Positions 50,949 to 63,905 of a stretch of 64,000 bases of DNA are shown piece after piece. A program made the translations under genes and the position numbers. The stretch comes from Octopus vulgaris (Eukaryota), in the NCBI GenBank assembly GCA_951406725.2, contig OX597821.1:116188001-116252000 (forward strand), written 5' to 3'. How positions within the stretch are numbered: the stretch's first letter is position 1; each line of letters starts with the position of its first letter. Under the pieces are notes generated by a model. That model worked only from the letters and a program-made list of their open reading frames with translations, did no database searches and was not told where the DNA came from.

Positions 50949-51107
50949 CTAAAGTCAAAAGAACAATGAGACGTACTGTAATAGGAAAATAACAGCCAAC
51001 CATTTTGGGAAAGTAGTTTTGAGTGTTACAAATGAATTAGATAATTTGAGAGAACACTGGACTTTAATATCTGAACTTTAAAATAGCTTATCTAGTCGTT
51101 TCATGTT

Positions 51108-51345
51108 GTGCAAAATAATGTGACAACAGAAATGAACGGACCGGTACCCTACGAAAATGACGACCGTCAAAATAATGGGCCAGACGTTGTACCTCTTGTC
51201 CCGCAAATAAAACCCAAAAGACATAAATGGACACGTGACATTTCTATCTTACACGCATACTTCACAGCAGTGCTCTACCCAAAAAATGAAAACACAACAA
51301 CACATACATATAAAATATGGAAGGAAAATAACATAAATATAAACT
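51108..51345 (+). mobile_element. R4/Dong-like ORF N-terminal fragment
   Basis: KRHKWTR...AYFTA..YP...YKIWKE resembles the R4/Dong N-terminal motif. Confidence 0.5.
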
Positions 51346-51463
51346 CTTTGCCAGACTGCTAAGTTACAGGAACATAAATATATCAACATCGTTGTCAAGC
51401 AGTGGTGGAAAACAAACACAGACAAAAGCACACACACACATGCATACACACATACTTACATAC

Positions 51464-51507
<44 letters not shown>

Positions 51508-51846
51508 TCATCATCATCATCATCATCATTGTTTAACGTCTGCTTTCCATGCTAGCATGGGTTGGACGATTTTGACTGAGGGCTGGTGAACCAGATGACT
51601 GCACCAGGTTCCAATCTTGATCTGGCAGAGTTTCTACAGCTGGATGCCCTTGCTAACGCCAACCACTTCGAGAGTGTAGTGGGTGCCCTTTATGAGCCAC
51701 CAGCATGGGGGCCAGTTAGGCGGTACTGGCAACGACCTCGCTCGAATCCTTTTACACATGCCACCAGCACAGGTGCCAGTAAGGCGACGTAGGTAACAAC
51801 CACGCTCGAATGATGCCCTTTTACGCGCGACTGGCATGGAAGCCAG

Positions 51847-53456
51847 TGTAGTGAGTGCGTGATTTGAATATAGAGGCACCTACCTTCTCTTTGTAGTGAC
51901 GGAGACCCTCCAGAGATGACTAGTCCTTCCTCACAGCCCCGACTCGAACACTAACGATAGCAGCTGCTAGCCCAAACCCTTAGCGACGTCCTCGCATGTC
52001 TTGTCACCTGCACGACCCACGGTGGAAAAAAGGCGATTTCCGCTCCCTGCGCATGCCTGATAGCTGACCCCTTCCGCTTGCCCCGCTTCCGGTCAACGCA
52101 CCCGGCTGCTGACGTCCAGCTGCTAACGTCATCCCACATGCCACCCTGATCTTAAAGATCACAATCTCTCCGCTCCATGTTGTAGTCTACCATCCAACCG
52201 GGAGAGCGCCTTGCTCGTCGAGATCTTCTCAAGCTGGGCTCCTCATTCTCCCCCTCTCCAGAATCATCGTCCGTCGAAGCAACAATCCTGCGAAGGTCCA
52301 AGACGTGTCGTGGTGTTCCATCTACAGAATACGTTGCTTCTGGAATTGATCGCCGTCACCGTTCCTCTGCTCCATTGAGACGTACAGCGCGCCTTTGGTG
52401 GCTTGACCCAGACTTCCTCCCCTATTTTCATGTGAACGGGTCCCTTCTCTTCCTCGTGACCCTCCGGCGCTTTGCTCGGGTGCCTCCATTCATATTTGAA
52501 CACAGCTCTCTGCGGCACAGATTCCTCAGCTTGTCCGGATCGGGGAGACAAGTTGTACCAAAAAACTGCTTCAAGCGGCGAAATGTGCCCTCTTTCCGCT
52601 ATGGCCTTGACTGTCCGATGGTGCCTCTCCACGATCCCGTTACCGCCTGGCCTATACGCTGCTCTGAACAAGCGTCGCACGTTCCACCGATCAAGCATAA
52701 CCCTCAATGCTTCCGAATGAAACGCCGCCCCATTGTCCATCAGTAGTTCTTCCACGGGACCTCTCTCTAAAAATATCCCGTTCAGGATCTGCACGATCTC
52801 GTCAGCAATGCCCGATCTCAACTCCCTCCAAATGGCCAGCCGGCCCGGCCCACAGTCGACCATGGAGAGGTACATTCGCTGACGGTAGTGTGTCACATCC
52901 ACAGCTAGCCTTTTCCAGTTCTGCTCCAGGGAAAGGCTTCCCTGTTCATGCCCACATGGAGCAGGGTTGATGGACTGACACCTGTCGCAGCTCCCGACCA
53001 CCTTCCGGACGCTTCTCCTAGTGACGTCATCATCAATTTTTTTTTGCCAGATACAGGGTCCTGTCCACACCCAGGTGATGCATAGCGTGCAGTTTCTTCA
53101 GTTCAGAGTCATCCAACCGACATGCCACAGCTATCCCTCTCCGGGCCTCCTCCGGTTCTTCCAACCACTCGCCTTTTTTCCAACGTGGGTCGTGCAGGTG
53201 ACAAGACGTGCGAGGACGTCGCTAAGGGTTTGGGCTAGCAGCTGCTATCATTAGTGTTCGGGTCAGGGCTGTGAGGAAGGACTAGTCATCTCTGGAGGGT
53301 CTCCGTCACTACAAAGAGAAGGTAGGTGCCTCTATATTCAAATCGCGCACTCACTACAAGCTATTTCGGCTCCCTGCGCACGCCTGACAGCTGACCCCTT
53401 CCGCTTCCGGTCAACGCACCCGGCTGCTGACATCCAGCTGCTAATGTCATCCCACA
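51847..53456 (-). mobile_element. Internally deleted and rearranged Ty3/Gypsy LTR retrotransposon
   Basis: 3' LTR 52138-51847 (TG...CA) preceded by a purine-rich tract; 5' LTR starts at 53456; GCCAG TSD at 51842-51846 and 53457-53461. Confidence 0.9.
52264..53168 (-). pseudogene. Gypsy integrase (HHCC + DDE), frameshifted
   Basis: LHAMHHLGV (frameshift at an A-run) ...CDRC, AVDVTH, LMDNGAAF, NGIVERHHRTVK. Confidence 0.9.
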
Positions 53457-54415
53457 GCCAGTTGGCTGCTCTGGCAACGATCACACTTGGATGGTGCTCT
53501 TGGCACCCTACAAGCACGGGCACAAGTGCCAGTAAGGCGACGCAGGTAACGATCACACTCGAAGTGTCACTGGCATGGAAGCCGGTTAGCCACTCTGTCA
53601 ATGATCACACTTGGATGGTGCTCTTTGCACCCTGCTTGCAAGGAAGCCAGTCATCAAATTTGATTTTGCTTTTGCTTATGATTTCCATAAACGGCAGAAG
53701 AAATACGACTATGCATTTTGCCCGGCGTGCTAACATTTCTGCCAGCTTTCCGCAATTACTATGCCACTATCAGAATAATATTAACATTCTTTCAATGCAT
53801 TTTAAATGAATATTTTGAGACAAAAATGGACCGGATATATTTTTCTGCTTTCTTTTGATTGCATTTCTTCTTTTGAATTGTTCTGTCAAAGATTAGACAT
53901 TCATCTACACTATTGTTAAATCATTTGTAAAGGATACAAAAATAAAATATATATTTAGGCAGTGCTCCAGCATAGCCACAGTCAAATGACTGAAACAAGT
54001 AAAAGAATAAAAGAATAATGAATTACTTTTGAGTCTTCATTTATTATTTTGTGTTTTTCTAATTTAATAAAAAAAAAAGTAAAAATCTTGTCACTCAAAC
54101 CATTCCTTAAATACTTTTCCTGTCTTTTATGAGCTAGAAAACACATCTCAGGTGTGTTCAGATTCCAATGAGGTCATTTATTTGTGTTGCAAGTGAAAGT
54201 CATCACTTTGGAAAGGTCATCTCGCAGGAAATGCTTTATTCTATTCATGTCACAGACAAGAATTTATTAATGGATTATTGTGTGATAAGTGAATAATTTA
54301 CAAGAGACGGAAAGAGAAAGAAAGGAAAAAGAAGCAAGAAGCAATTCAAGCTTTTCCTGCAATAGGAAATACCAGAAGTATGTAACCTATCAACCATGAA
54401 TTATGGAAGTCAACA

Positions 54416-54725
54416 TGAAGGCATGTGGCTTAATGGTTAGAGTATGCAGCTCATGATTATGAGGTCGTGAGTTCAACTCCCAGTGGTGCGTTGTATCCTT
54501 GAGAAAGACACTTTATATCATGTTGTCCCGGTCCACTCAGCTGGCAAAAATGAATTGCACCTGTAATTCAAAGGGGCCAGACTTATCTCATTCTGTGTCG
54601 TGATAAATCTCCCTGAGAACTACGTTAAGGATACATGTATCTGTCTGTGGAGTGCTCAGCCACTTGCACATTAATTTCACAAGCAAGCTGTTCTGTTGAT
54701 CAAATCACCTGGAATCCTCATCATT
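54416..54725 (+). mobile_element. tRNA/CORE SINE family G
   Basis: tRNA head plus CORE plus a TCAAAGGG...CTCCCTGAGAA 3' part shared with 7810-8040. Confidence 0.7.
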
Positions 54726-54885
54726 GTGTGGCTGTATGGTAAGTAGCTTGCTTACCAATTACGTGGTTCTGGGTTCAGTCCCACTGTGTGGCACCTTGGG
54801 CAAGAGACTTCTACAATAGCTTCGGGCCGACCAAAGCCTTGTGAATTGATTTGGTAGAGGGAAACTGAAGTAATCCCAGTGTATA

Positions 54886-54916
<31 letters not shown>

Positions 54917-55221
54917 ATGTATGTGTGCATGTATGTTTGTGTGTCTGTGTTTGTCTCCCCAACATCGCTTGGCAACTGATGCTGGTGTGTTTACATCCCC
55001 ATAACTTAGCAGTTCAGCAAAAGTCACTGATAGAATAAGTACTAGGCTTACAAAGAATTAGTCCTGGGGTCAACTTGCTTGACAAAAAGGCAGTGCTCCA
55101 GCATGACCACAGTCAAATGACTGAAACAAGAAAAAAGAAAAAGAAACAAAAGAATTGTAACCAACAGAAAAATGAAAGGTGACAAATCTATCCATCCATA
55201 GATACAGTTATGGCTGAGTGG

Positions 55222-55632
55222 TTAACCATTATCAGTTCGATTTGAGTCATTTGACCCATGAAGGTACATTTTTTACCATAATTTTTGCATTGTTAGTTGA
55301 AATTATCTATTCTTTCCTCTAGCTGTCTCTCTTAGAGGGATTAACATGTGGGAAACTGGAAAAGGTTTTCTGGTAGCTGTTCTCCAGTGACCCAGGATTT
55401 ACGTGACTTGTCATTTTCGCCCATTTGGACTCTGAATGTTGGACTATTTTACTTTTACACTATTTACATTATTTACATTTGACGGATATTTGTCCTCATC
55501 TTGTTTGTTGCTAACACAACTTTTCGGCTGATATACCCTCCAACCTTCATCAAGTGTGTTGGGAAGAACCTGGGTTCTCTTTCCTTGGGTATTTTTGACA
55601 TCATCACCACCACCACCACCACCACCACCACC

Positions 55633-55666
<34 letters not shown>

Positions 55667-56900
55667 TCATCATTCAGGTCACTGCCTGGAATCGAACTTG
55701 GAATTTTGGGGTTAGTAGCCCATGCTCTTAACCACTACGCCATACGCGAACAAATCTCCGTCAAATGTAAATAATGTAAATAATGTAAATTCCAGGCAGT
55801 GACCTGAATAATAATAATAATAATAATAACAACATTGGAAAATACCTTAGGAATGAGTACCCAGGTTTGAAATTTCCCCAAGACACATGATGACGGCTGG
55901 AGGGTTGTGTTAACAACAAACAAGATGAGGACAAATATCCGTCAAATGTAAATAATTTAAATATTGTAAGAGTTACTTTTTCCAAAGAGATTTTCAGCCA
56001 ATAGTACACTAGTATACCAATTGTCGGTTGTCAGGTGGTGGCCTGTACCAAAGATTGGTGCAGCCAGATGCAGCGTAACTTCATGCGGTTATTTGGAAAG
56101 CTGGAATGGACCATCAGGCTGTTTTCCATACTATATATGGAATTAGTTTTGGCATCATGTAAGCATTTCAGCTTTATTCCTTATTTAGCTGGCTTCAGAG
56201 GCTTGTATTGGACAAAGCCATATGCTTTGTCGCAAATCAAATGCTCTGTAGGATTGTACATCTGATGAAAAGCAACTACCACCTTTTCAAAAATGTCTTG
56301 AATTGGAGTTAGGTGGTCAGTTGCATACCACTCATCCCTTGTGGCATTGTCATTGAAACGCATTTGCAATAAGAGAAATCTGAAGCATCTGTAAGACATC
56401 ACAGATACACAACAATTCCATTCCAGTTCCATCCAAATTCCAGAGGTCTTCAATATTGTGACGAGAAGCTTGCTGAGCACCAGAGATGACAATAATTTCT
56501 AAAACAGCTGAAATTTCTGAACTGTTGTTTCAGCAGCATTGTATTTGGACTTGTTTCATTCCTTGACCTTCTCAATTTTTTGGTTTCTATGATCTGGAAT
56601 TTCATTTATCAAAGCTTGAAGCATAAACCAGCTAAAGATTTCCAAATGAGCTTTTGGATTGCTTGCAATGCCAGTCAGACCTGGTTTCCCTGTTACTATA
56701 TTCTTGGCTCCATGTCATACATTATCATGAAAAGGGGTTTCTTTCCACTCAACTCCTGTTAAAAAACACCCCCATAAAAGCATTGCACTATGCTACTGCA
56801 GGTTATGGATTTGGCTCATTGATACTTCACTTCTTTCTGTAGAATATCTTCAATCATCTCTATCAGGCTGCAGAGCAAAGGTCAATTGCAAGAGCTAATG
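55222..56900 (-). mobile_element. Degenerate piggyBac (PGBD-type) transposon, interrupted by the hammerhead SINE
   Basis: MSYRCFRFLL..RF, DHLTPIQDIF, QYKPLKPAK*GIK...DAKT; terminus-like gggtcaaatgactc...ggTTAA at about 55222. Confidence 0.75.
55461..55957. mobile_element. tRNA-headed hammerhead SINE, locus 2 (minus-strand full copy plus plus-strand partial tandem)
   Basis: Head 55747-55677 (TGGCGTAGTGG, GTTCGATTCC), hammerhead 55558-55513 (C3 mutated to T), then an inverted head-to-tail partial copy. Confidence 0.75.
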
Positions 56901-57039
56901 ACCTCACTGTCAATGAAAGCTAAATTTAGTTGAAGAAAGCCCAGAGAAAGAATTACGAAAAATTATTGTCAAGAATGGGTTCTAAAATCTATGCTGGTTG
57001 TGTTAAAGTACGAGTAATAATTATAATTAGACTAAGACA

Positions 57040-57830
57040 TTGAACTGACAGAATTGTTAGCATGAAGGTGGCGAGCTGGCAGAAACGTTAGCACACCGGA
57101 CGAAATGCTTAGCGGTATTTTGTCTGCTGCTATATTCTGAGTTCAAATTCTGCTGAGGTCGACTAAGCCTTTCATCCATTCGGGGTCAATTAAATAAGTA
57201 CCAGTTATGCACTGGGGTCGATTTAATCGACTTAATCCATTTGTCTGTCTTTGTTTGTCCTCTCTGTGTTTAGCCTTGTGGGTAGTAAAGAAATAGGTAT
57301 TTCATTTGTCTTTATGTTCTGAGTTCAAATTCTGCTGAGGTTGACTAAGCCTTTCATTTTTTCGGGGTTGATAAATTAAGTTCCAGTTGTATACTGGGGT
57401 CAATCTAATCGACTGGACCCCTCCCCCAAAATTACAGGCCTTGTGCTTAGAGTAAGTAGAAAAGGATATAATTAAGGCAGCGAACTGGCAGAAACAGTAG
57501 CACACCGGGCAAAATGCTTTCTGCCGAGGTCAACTTTGCCTTTCATTCTTTCGGGGTCGATAAATTAAGTTCCAGTTGCGTACTCGGGTTGACCTAATCG
57601 ACTGGCCCCCTCACCAAAAATTTCGGGCCTTGTGCCTAGAGTAGAAAAGAATTGTTAGCATGCTGGGCAAAACGCATAACGGCATTTTGTCTTTCCTTAC
57701 TTTCTGAGTTTGAATTCTGCTGAGTTCAACTTTACTTCTCATCCTTTTGGGGTCAATAAAATACATATTTGTTGAGCACTAGGGGTCAATGTTACAGGCT
57801 TACCAACAACCCGGAAATTCCTAACCTTCT
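57040..57830 (+). mobile_element. Tandem cluster of SINE family B units
   Basis: Four to five head/core repeats in series. Confidence 0.75.
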
Positions 57831-58228
57831 GCAGGAGTGGCTGTGTGGTAAGTAGCTTGCTTACCAACCACATGGTTCCGGGTTCAGTCCCACTGTGTGA
57901 CACCTTGGGCAAGTGTCTTCTACTATAGCCTCGGGCCGACCAAAGCCTTGTGAGTGGATTTGGTACATGGAAACTGAAAGAAGCCCGTCATATATATGTA
58001 TATATATATATATATGTGTGTTTGTCCCCCTAGCATTGCTTGACAACTGATGCTGGTGTGTTTACGTCCCCGTAACTTAGCGGTTCGGCAAAAGAGACTG
58101 ATAGAATAAGTACTAGGCTTACAAAGAATAAGTTCTGGGGTCGTTTTGCTCAACTAACGGCGGTGCCCCAGCATGGCCACAGTCAAATGTCTGAAACAAG
58201 TAAAAGAGATAAAAGAGATAAGAGATAA
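57831..58228 (+). mobile_element. SINE family A
   Basis: Full-length copy. Confidence 0.85.
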
Positions 58229-58821
58229 TAATTACAATATGATGCGACAAACTGGCAGATTCATCAGCACATTGGACAAAATGCTTACCAGCATTTCCTC
58301 CAGCTTGTTACATTCTGAGTTCAAATCCTGCTGAGGTCAAATTCACCTGTCATCCTTTCAAGGTTAATAAATTAAGTACCAGTTGATCACCGGGGTTGAT
58401 GCAATTGACTTCCCCCACTCCTCAAAATTCCTGGCCTTGAGCCAAGATTAGAAAGATTAATTATAACAAGGTGCAAAGTTAGAGCTAGTGATAATATCAG
58501 GACTTTTGCAGTCAATGTTTTTAAGTATAAATCTTATTAAGACATGGTATCTTATTTTATCAATGTTCCAAAAGTTGTGCTGTAAACCTGATAATTTTAT
58601 GAAACTCACTTTGCTGTCACATGGTTTCAAGTTCACTCCTAATGTGCAGCACCTTGTCAAGTGCTTTTTACTATAGCTCAAAGCCAAGCAATGCCTTGTG
58701 AGCAAATATGGTAATGGAAACTGTATGGAAGCCTGTCATACACCTTTTATTTATTTTTTTATTTTTTGTAAGTTTTTGAGCTCAGAACATGTGGTGGGGG
58801 CAAACACAGACACTCAAACAC

Positions 58822-58879
<58 letters not shown>

Positions 58880-58882
<3 letters not shown>

Positions 58883-59468
58883 CGCAGGAGTGGCTGTGTG
58901 GTAAGTAGCTTGTTTACCAACCACATGGTTCCGGGTTCAGTCCCACTGCGTGGCACCTTGAGTAAGTGTCTTCTACTATAGCATCGGGCCGACCAAAGCC
59001 TTGTGAGTGGATTTGGTAGACAGAAACTGAAAGAAGCCTGTCGTATATATGTATATATGCGTGTGTGTGTTTGTGTGTCTGTGTTTGTCCCTCCCAACAT
59101 TGCTTGACAACCGATACTGGTGTGTTTATGTCCCCGTCACTTAACGGTTTGGCAAAAGAGACCGATAGCATAAGTACTGGGCTTACAAAGAATAAGTCCC
59201 GGGGTCGAGTTGCTTGATTAAAGGCGGTGCTCCAGCATGGCCACAGTCAAATGACTGAAACAAGTAAAAGAGTAAAGAGTAAAGAGTATATATATATATA
59301 TATTATATATATATATATATATATAATGGGCTTCTTTCAGTTTCTGTCTACCAAATCCACTCACAAGGCTTTGTAGAAGACACTTGCCCAAGGTGCCATG
59401 CAGTGGGACTGAACCCGGAACCATGTGGTTGGTAAGCAAGCTTCTTACCACACAGCCACTCCTGCGCC
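58880..59468. mobile_element. Tail-to-tail SINE A pair (58880-59287 plus strand, 59328-59468 minus strand)
   Basis: Inverted 5' halves about 300 bp apart. Confidence 0.85.
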
Positions 59469-60028
59469 CTAAGAAAGGTATCCAGCTGTAGAAACTTTGC
59501 CAGATCAGATTGGAGGCTGGTGCAGCCATCTGGCTTGCTAATCCTCAGTCAAACCGTCCAGCATGGAAAGCGGACATTAAAAGATGACGACGACGATGAT
59601 GGTGTTGATGATTTATATGCACATGAGCATACGTCTGTGTGTCTTGATGTTTATGCTTGTCCTCTGCCGCTGCTTAACAACAGCAGTTGTTTTGCTTAAG
59701 TTCCAGTAACTTAGTGGTTCAGCAGAAAGAACTGAGGGATTAAGTATCAGATTTACAAATAAGTAACGGGGTCAATTTGTTTGACAGAACCCTTTGATGT
59801 GGTGCCTCAACATGACCACACATTTCATGAAACAACCAAAGGATAAAAAATTTCTTCACAAGTCAAAGAACAACAGAAAGGGCCTTGCATTGGCTTCTGG
59901 TGTATTAAAATGTGTCAGTAAAGCGAAGAAGGTGGCTGGCAAGCTGGCAGAACCATTGGCATGATGGACAAGATTTCTGCATCTCTTCCAGCTCTTTACA
60001 TTCTGAGTTCAAATCTTACAAAGGTCAA

Positions 60029-60624
60029 CACAGTTCTATATTTAAGAGATGAGGAATTATGCACATTATTTACATTATTTACATTTGACAGATATTTTTC
60101 CTCATCTTGTTTGTTGGTAACACAATGTTTTGGCTGATCTGCTCTCCAGCCTTCATATGGTGTAGTGGTTAAGAGTACAAGTTACTAACCCCAAGATTCC
60201 AAGTTTGATTCTAGGCAGTGACCTGAATAATAATAATAATAATAATGATGATGACGACGACAACGCCGCCGACGACAACTGGACCCCACCTGCAGGGTCA
60301 TGTGCTGTTTATCTTGATATGATATCCCCATGTCACGCACATATGTTTGTGATGCATGTGCCTAGTGTACCCTTATCAGACGGGTAGTCATGATAGGTAT
60401 ACTGGGCTTTGTATATTTTACCCCAGTGTCACTTTGATGGCATGCACTGCTCTCTCATTCAACAATAATAATAATAATAATAATATTGAAAAATATCTTA
60501 GGAACGAGAACCCAGGTTCGAAATTTCCCCAAGACACCTGATGAAGGCTGGAGAGTGTATCAGCCGAAACGTTGTGCTAGCAACAAACAGGATGGGGACA
60601 AATATCCGTCAAATATAAATAATG
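60029..60624 (+). mobile_element. tRNA-headed hammerhead SINE, locus 3, with TSD
   Basis: TACAAAGGTCAA at 60017-60028 and 60625-60636, splitting a SINE B copy; inverted partial 60029-60156, head 60154-60223, (AAT)n spacer with an ~180-bp nested insert, hammerhead. Confidence 0.8.
60533..60578 (+). ncRNA. Minimal type I hammerhead ribozyme
   Basis: gacac-CTGATGA-a-ggctg-gagagtgtat-cagcc-GAAA-CG-TT-gtgct; intact core, 5-bp stem II, AACGTT palindrome. Confidence 0.75.
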
Positions 60625-60914
60625 TACAAAGGTCAAATTTGCTCTTCATTCATTCAGAGTTAATAAGATAAAGTACCAGTCAAGTACTGGGGTCAGTACA
60701 ATCAATTGGGCCCTCCCTCCATACACGCACACACACACCTGTGAGCCTGTCACCGCTCCTTTCAAAATTGCTGGCCTAGAAGGAATGTTGTAATCTCTGT
60801 AACTTTCACAACACGAAGACTGGGTAACCGGTTTTGTGAGTCATGTGGCTCAAGGAAAGGAAGAAAAATATCTGAGAGTAAAGGGGAGAGAGAGAGAGAG
60901 AAGAGAGAAGAGAA

Positions 60915-60950
<36 letters not shown>

Positions 60951-61039
60951 GGAGAGAGACAGACAAGCAGACAGACAGAGTGAAGGAGAGAGCAGAAGTG
61001 AGAAGAAGCTGCTTCAGTTTTTTCTACAACAGGAAATAC

Positions 61040-61180
61040 CAGAGGGAAATCGTAATGTAAGAAAGAAATGATTGAATAGCAACAGAATCGACAATAATAC
61101 CCGTGATTGTAATATTATTGCATGATATAGTATTTGTATTATTCCTTTTTCCAGTTGAAATATTTTGTTTTTAGTCGTTA
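61040..61180 (-). CDS. Candidate upstream exon with a hydrophobic signal-like stretch
   Basis: Open phase-1/phase-1 frame ending RVLLSILLLFNHFFLTLRFPS, then |gtattt; joins in frame to the 50948 exon. Weak AAG acceptor and no internal ATG. Confidence 0.25.
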
Positions 61181-61761
61181 CTTAAGAGTGGATGAGGTTA
61201 ATGCTTTTAAACAATCCGGATGTTCAAATTGTTGTGTAAGCAAAGAAACACAAAGATAAAACATGTACGAGTGTGTGTGTATGTGGGGGGGGGGGAGTTG
61301 TGGACAAAATTACACCCACTCCACACCCCACCTCACATCCCAATAAAAAAATTCATTTCCTAAAAAAATGTTTCCTTCAGAAGAATTCTTTTATCATTAT
61401 TTTATTATTATTGATATGTTTTTTTGTTTTTGCATAGGAATTTCTTTTTCCTTTTTTCTTTTTTCCTTTTTCTTATCTCACAGGCATGTCTTTGTGGTTA
61501 AGAAGCTCATTTTTCAACCACCTGGTCTTGGGTTCAATTACACTGTGCGACACTTTGGGCAAGTGTCTTCTGTTATAGCCCATGAGTGAATTTGCAAGAA
61601 TCCTGTTGTGTGTGTGTGTGTGTGTGTGTGTATTTGTGTGTATGTACATATGTACATATATATATATATATATATATGTGTGTCTATGTGAGAGAGTGTG
61701 TGTGTATATACATATATATATAAAATGGGGGATTTTTGTAAATTTTTTACAATAGTGGAGT

Positions 61762-62206
61762 TTGAAGGAGTAAATGCCCTTGACTGATCTAAGTGAAAAT
61801 TTAGCATTTTTCTAGTAATAATATATAGCAAGATTTCAGGCCTCAGGCATTTTCAGTTTCTGCAATTTTTTATTTTCACTCCACCCTAAATTACACAATC
61901 TTTATACCTGCGCACACATACATGTGTGTTAGGGTGGAGTAAAAATAAAATATTGCAGAAATTGAAAATGCCTGACGCCTAAAATCTTGCTATTTATTAT
62001 TACTAGAAAAATACTAAATTTTCGCTTAGATCAGTCAAGGACATTTATTCCCTCAAAGATTAAGGAGATTATGGGGAATTGAGGGATCAAATGCCCTTAA
62101 ATGATCTCAGCGAAAATTTAGCATTTTTCTACTAATTATATATAGCAACATTTTAACTCTCAGGCATTTTCAGTTTCCAGAAATTTTTATTTTCACTCCA
62201 TCCTAA
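61762..62206. repeat. Three ~127-bp units in alternating orientation (palindromic MITE plus half copy)
   Basis: 61762-61889(+), 61929-62057(-), 62079-62206(+); ttagggtggagt...actccatcctaa termini. Confidence 0.75.
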
Positions 62207-62325
62207 TCTCAGTCTCTTTTATCAATGTTTGTTTAGTTGATTGAATGCATTCCATAATGGAGACGCATTACTAATTATATTAACAGCCAATCTTTTTCTT
62301 TTCAATAAATCCTTCGTTGATTTAT

Positions 62326-62720
62326 AATAATAATGAAATTATTGTATACAGTGCTCAGGTGCACCACAACCTGTCAAAAGTGCGTATAAAGCATATTGCA
62401 GTAATGTACAAATGTCTGGAAAGTGAACAGTGTATGAGTCATATACATGCTTGCGTGTGTGTATGGAGGGAAGAAAATCAGGTGTAGTGTTGGCGAATCT
62501 CAGGAAGCATGGAAGTTTTGAAGGATGCAGAGCTCCGACAACTAACAACTGATGCCGGCAGTCTGTTCCATACTTCAGCAACTCTTAGCGTGAAAAAATG
62601 TTTCCGAAAGTCGTGGGAGCTGTGCTGTTTTCTGACTTTGTAAACATGTCCACGGGTGTTAGACAGGTGGAGTTTGAAAAGGTGCTCAGAGTTATTGTTT
62701 GTAAGATGGTTGATACTTTT
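62326..62720 (-). mobile_element. CR1-clade LINE 3' end
   Basis: NTRGHVYKV...RKHFFTLRVAEVWNRLPASVV...SFK, a stop, 3'UTR and (ATT)n tail. Confidence 0.85.
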
Positions 62721-63100
62721 CAGACTGTTTGTAACAATTAGATTATGTTAATGATGTAATTAAGGTAGTGAGCTAGCAGAATCATTAACACATTGGACAA
62801 AATACGAAGCAGCATTTCTTCAGGCTCTTTACGTTCTGAGTTCAAATTCTGCTGAGGTCAACTTTGCCATTCATCCCTTTGGGGTTGATAAAATTAAGTA
62901 TCAGTCAAGTACTGTAGTTGATGTAATTGGCTTGTCCTTTCATCTCCAAAATTCTGACCTTGAACCTTGCAATACATCAACGTTCCGTTCAGGGTAAATG
63001 TTGTAATCTCGATTAATCCGATCATAATTTTTCCTGCATTTGTTATGGATATTATAAACCAGAAATACAACATAGCATAGTTGTAACCATTTCACTTAAA

Positions 63101-63525
63101 TCGTCATCGTCGTCGTCATCGTCATCGTCATCATCATCATCATCGTCATCGTCGTCGTCGTCGTCGTTTAACGTCCATTCTCCACGCTAGCATGGGTTGG
63201 ACAGTTCGACCAGGGTCTGGGAAGCCAGGAGGCTGCACCAGGCTCCAATCTTGATCTGGTAGTGTTTCTACAGCTGGATGCCCTTCCTAACGCCAACCAC
63301 TCCGTGAGTGTAGTGGGTGCTGTTTACGTGCCAGGGGAGGCTAGCAGGGCTCACGATCGGATGGTGCTTTTTACGTGCCACCGGCACAGGTGCCAGGGGA
63401 TGCTGGCACGATCGTTTGGTGCTTTTTATGTGCCACCGGCACAGAAGCCATTTTACGTGCCACCGGCACAGAAGCCATTCAAAGCAGCGCTGGCATCGGT
63501 CACGTTCGGATGGTGCTTTTTTATG
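63101..63525 (-). mobile_element. RTE 3'UTR-derived repeat (family C)
   Basis: CpG-rich copy with internal tandem units. Confidence 0.8.
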
Positions 63526-63905
63526 ACGATACTTCATATGGAGCTTCAAACTCGCCAGAAGCACTCATACATCTAACTGTACACACAAGAACGATTTCGA
63601 TTTAACCGATGTTAATTCTTCAATTAGAATCCAAATGATTAACAGATAATTGAATAACGTAGTCAGGAACAAGGAAGAGGAGTCTTGATTAACGAAACCT
63701 GAACAGTAAGAGATTTCCATGTTAATCTGGTTGAACATGAAGGAACGTTATTCATGAAAATAGATAATAAGTTATCTCCCTTACGTAATACTTTCGTTTT
63801 GCTTTCCGATGGCGTAACATAACTTTTGTGCTTCAGATGGTTGTTAGCTTGTCGCTGCTGGGGTAGATTGTTCGAAATAAATTTGACCAAGATTATTCTA
63901 TATTT

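Noticed and set aside
53355-53365. Autointegration as the cause of the LTR inversion
   Set aside because: Four extra bases (AGCT) follow the LTR CA and no internal target duplication is visible, so template switching is the simpler explanation
54150-54385. Plus-strand exon candidate ending in GTATGT
   Set aside because: Stops in all frames examined and no recognisable homology
55677-55747. Functional tRNA gene
   Set aside because: Boxes A and B are present but the acceptor stem does not pair and it is fused to a repeat body; the same applies to the other SINE heads
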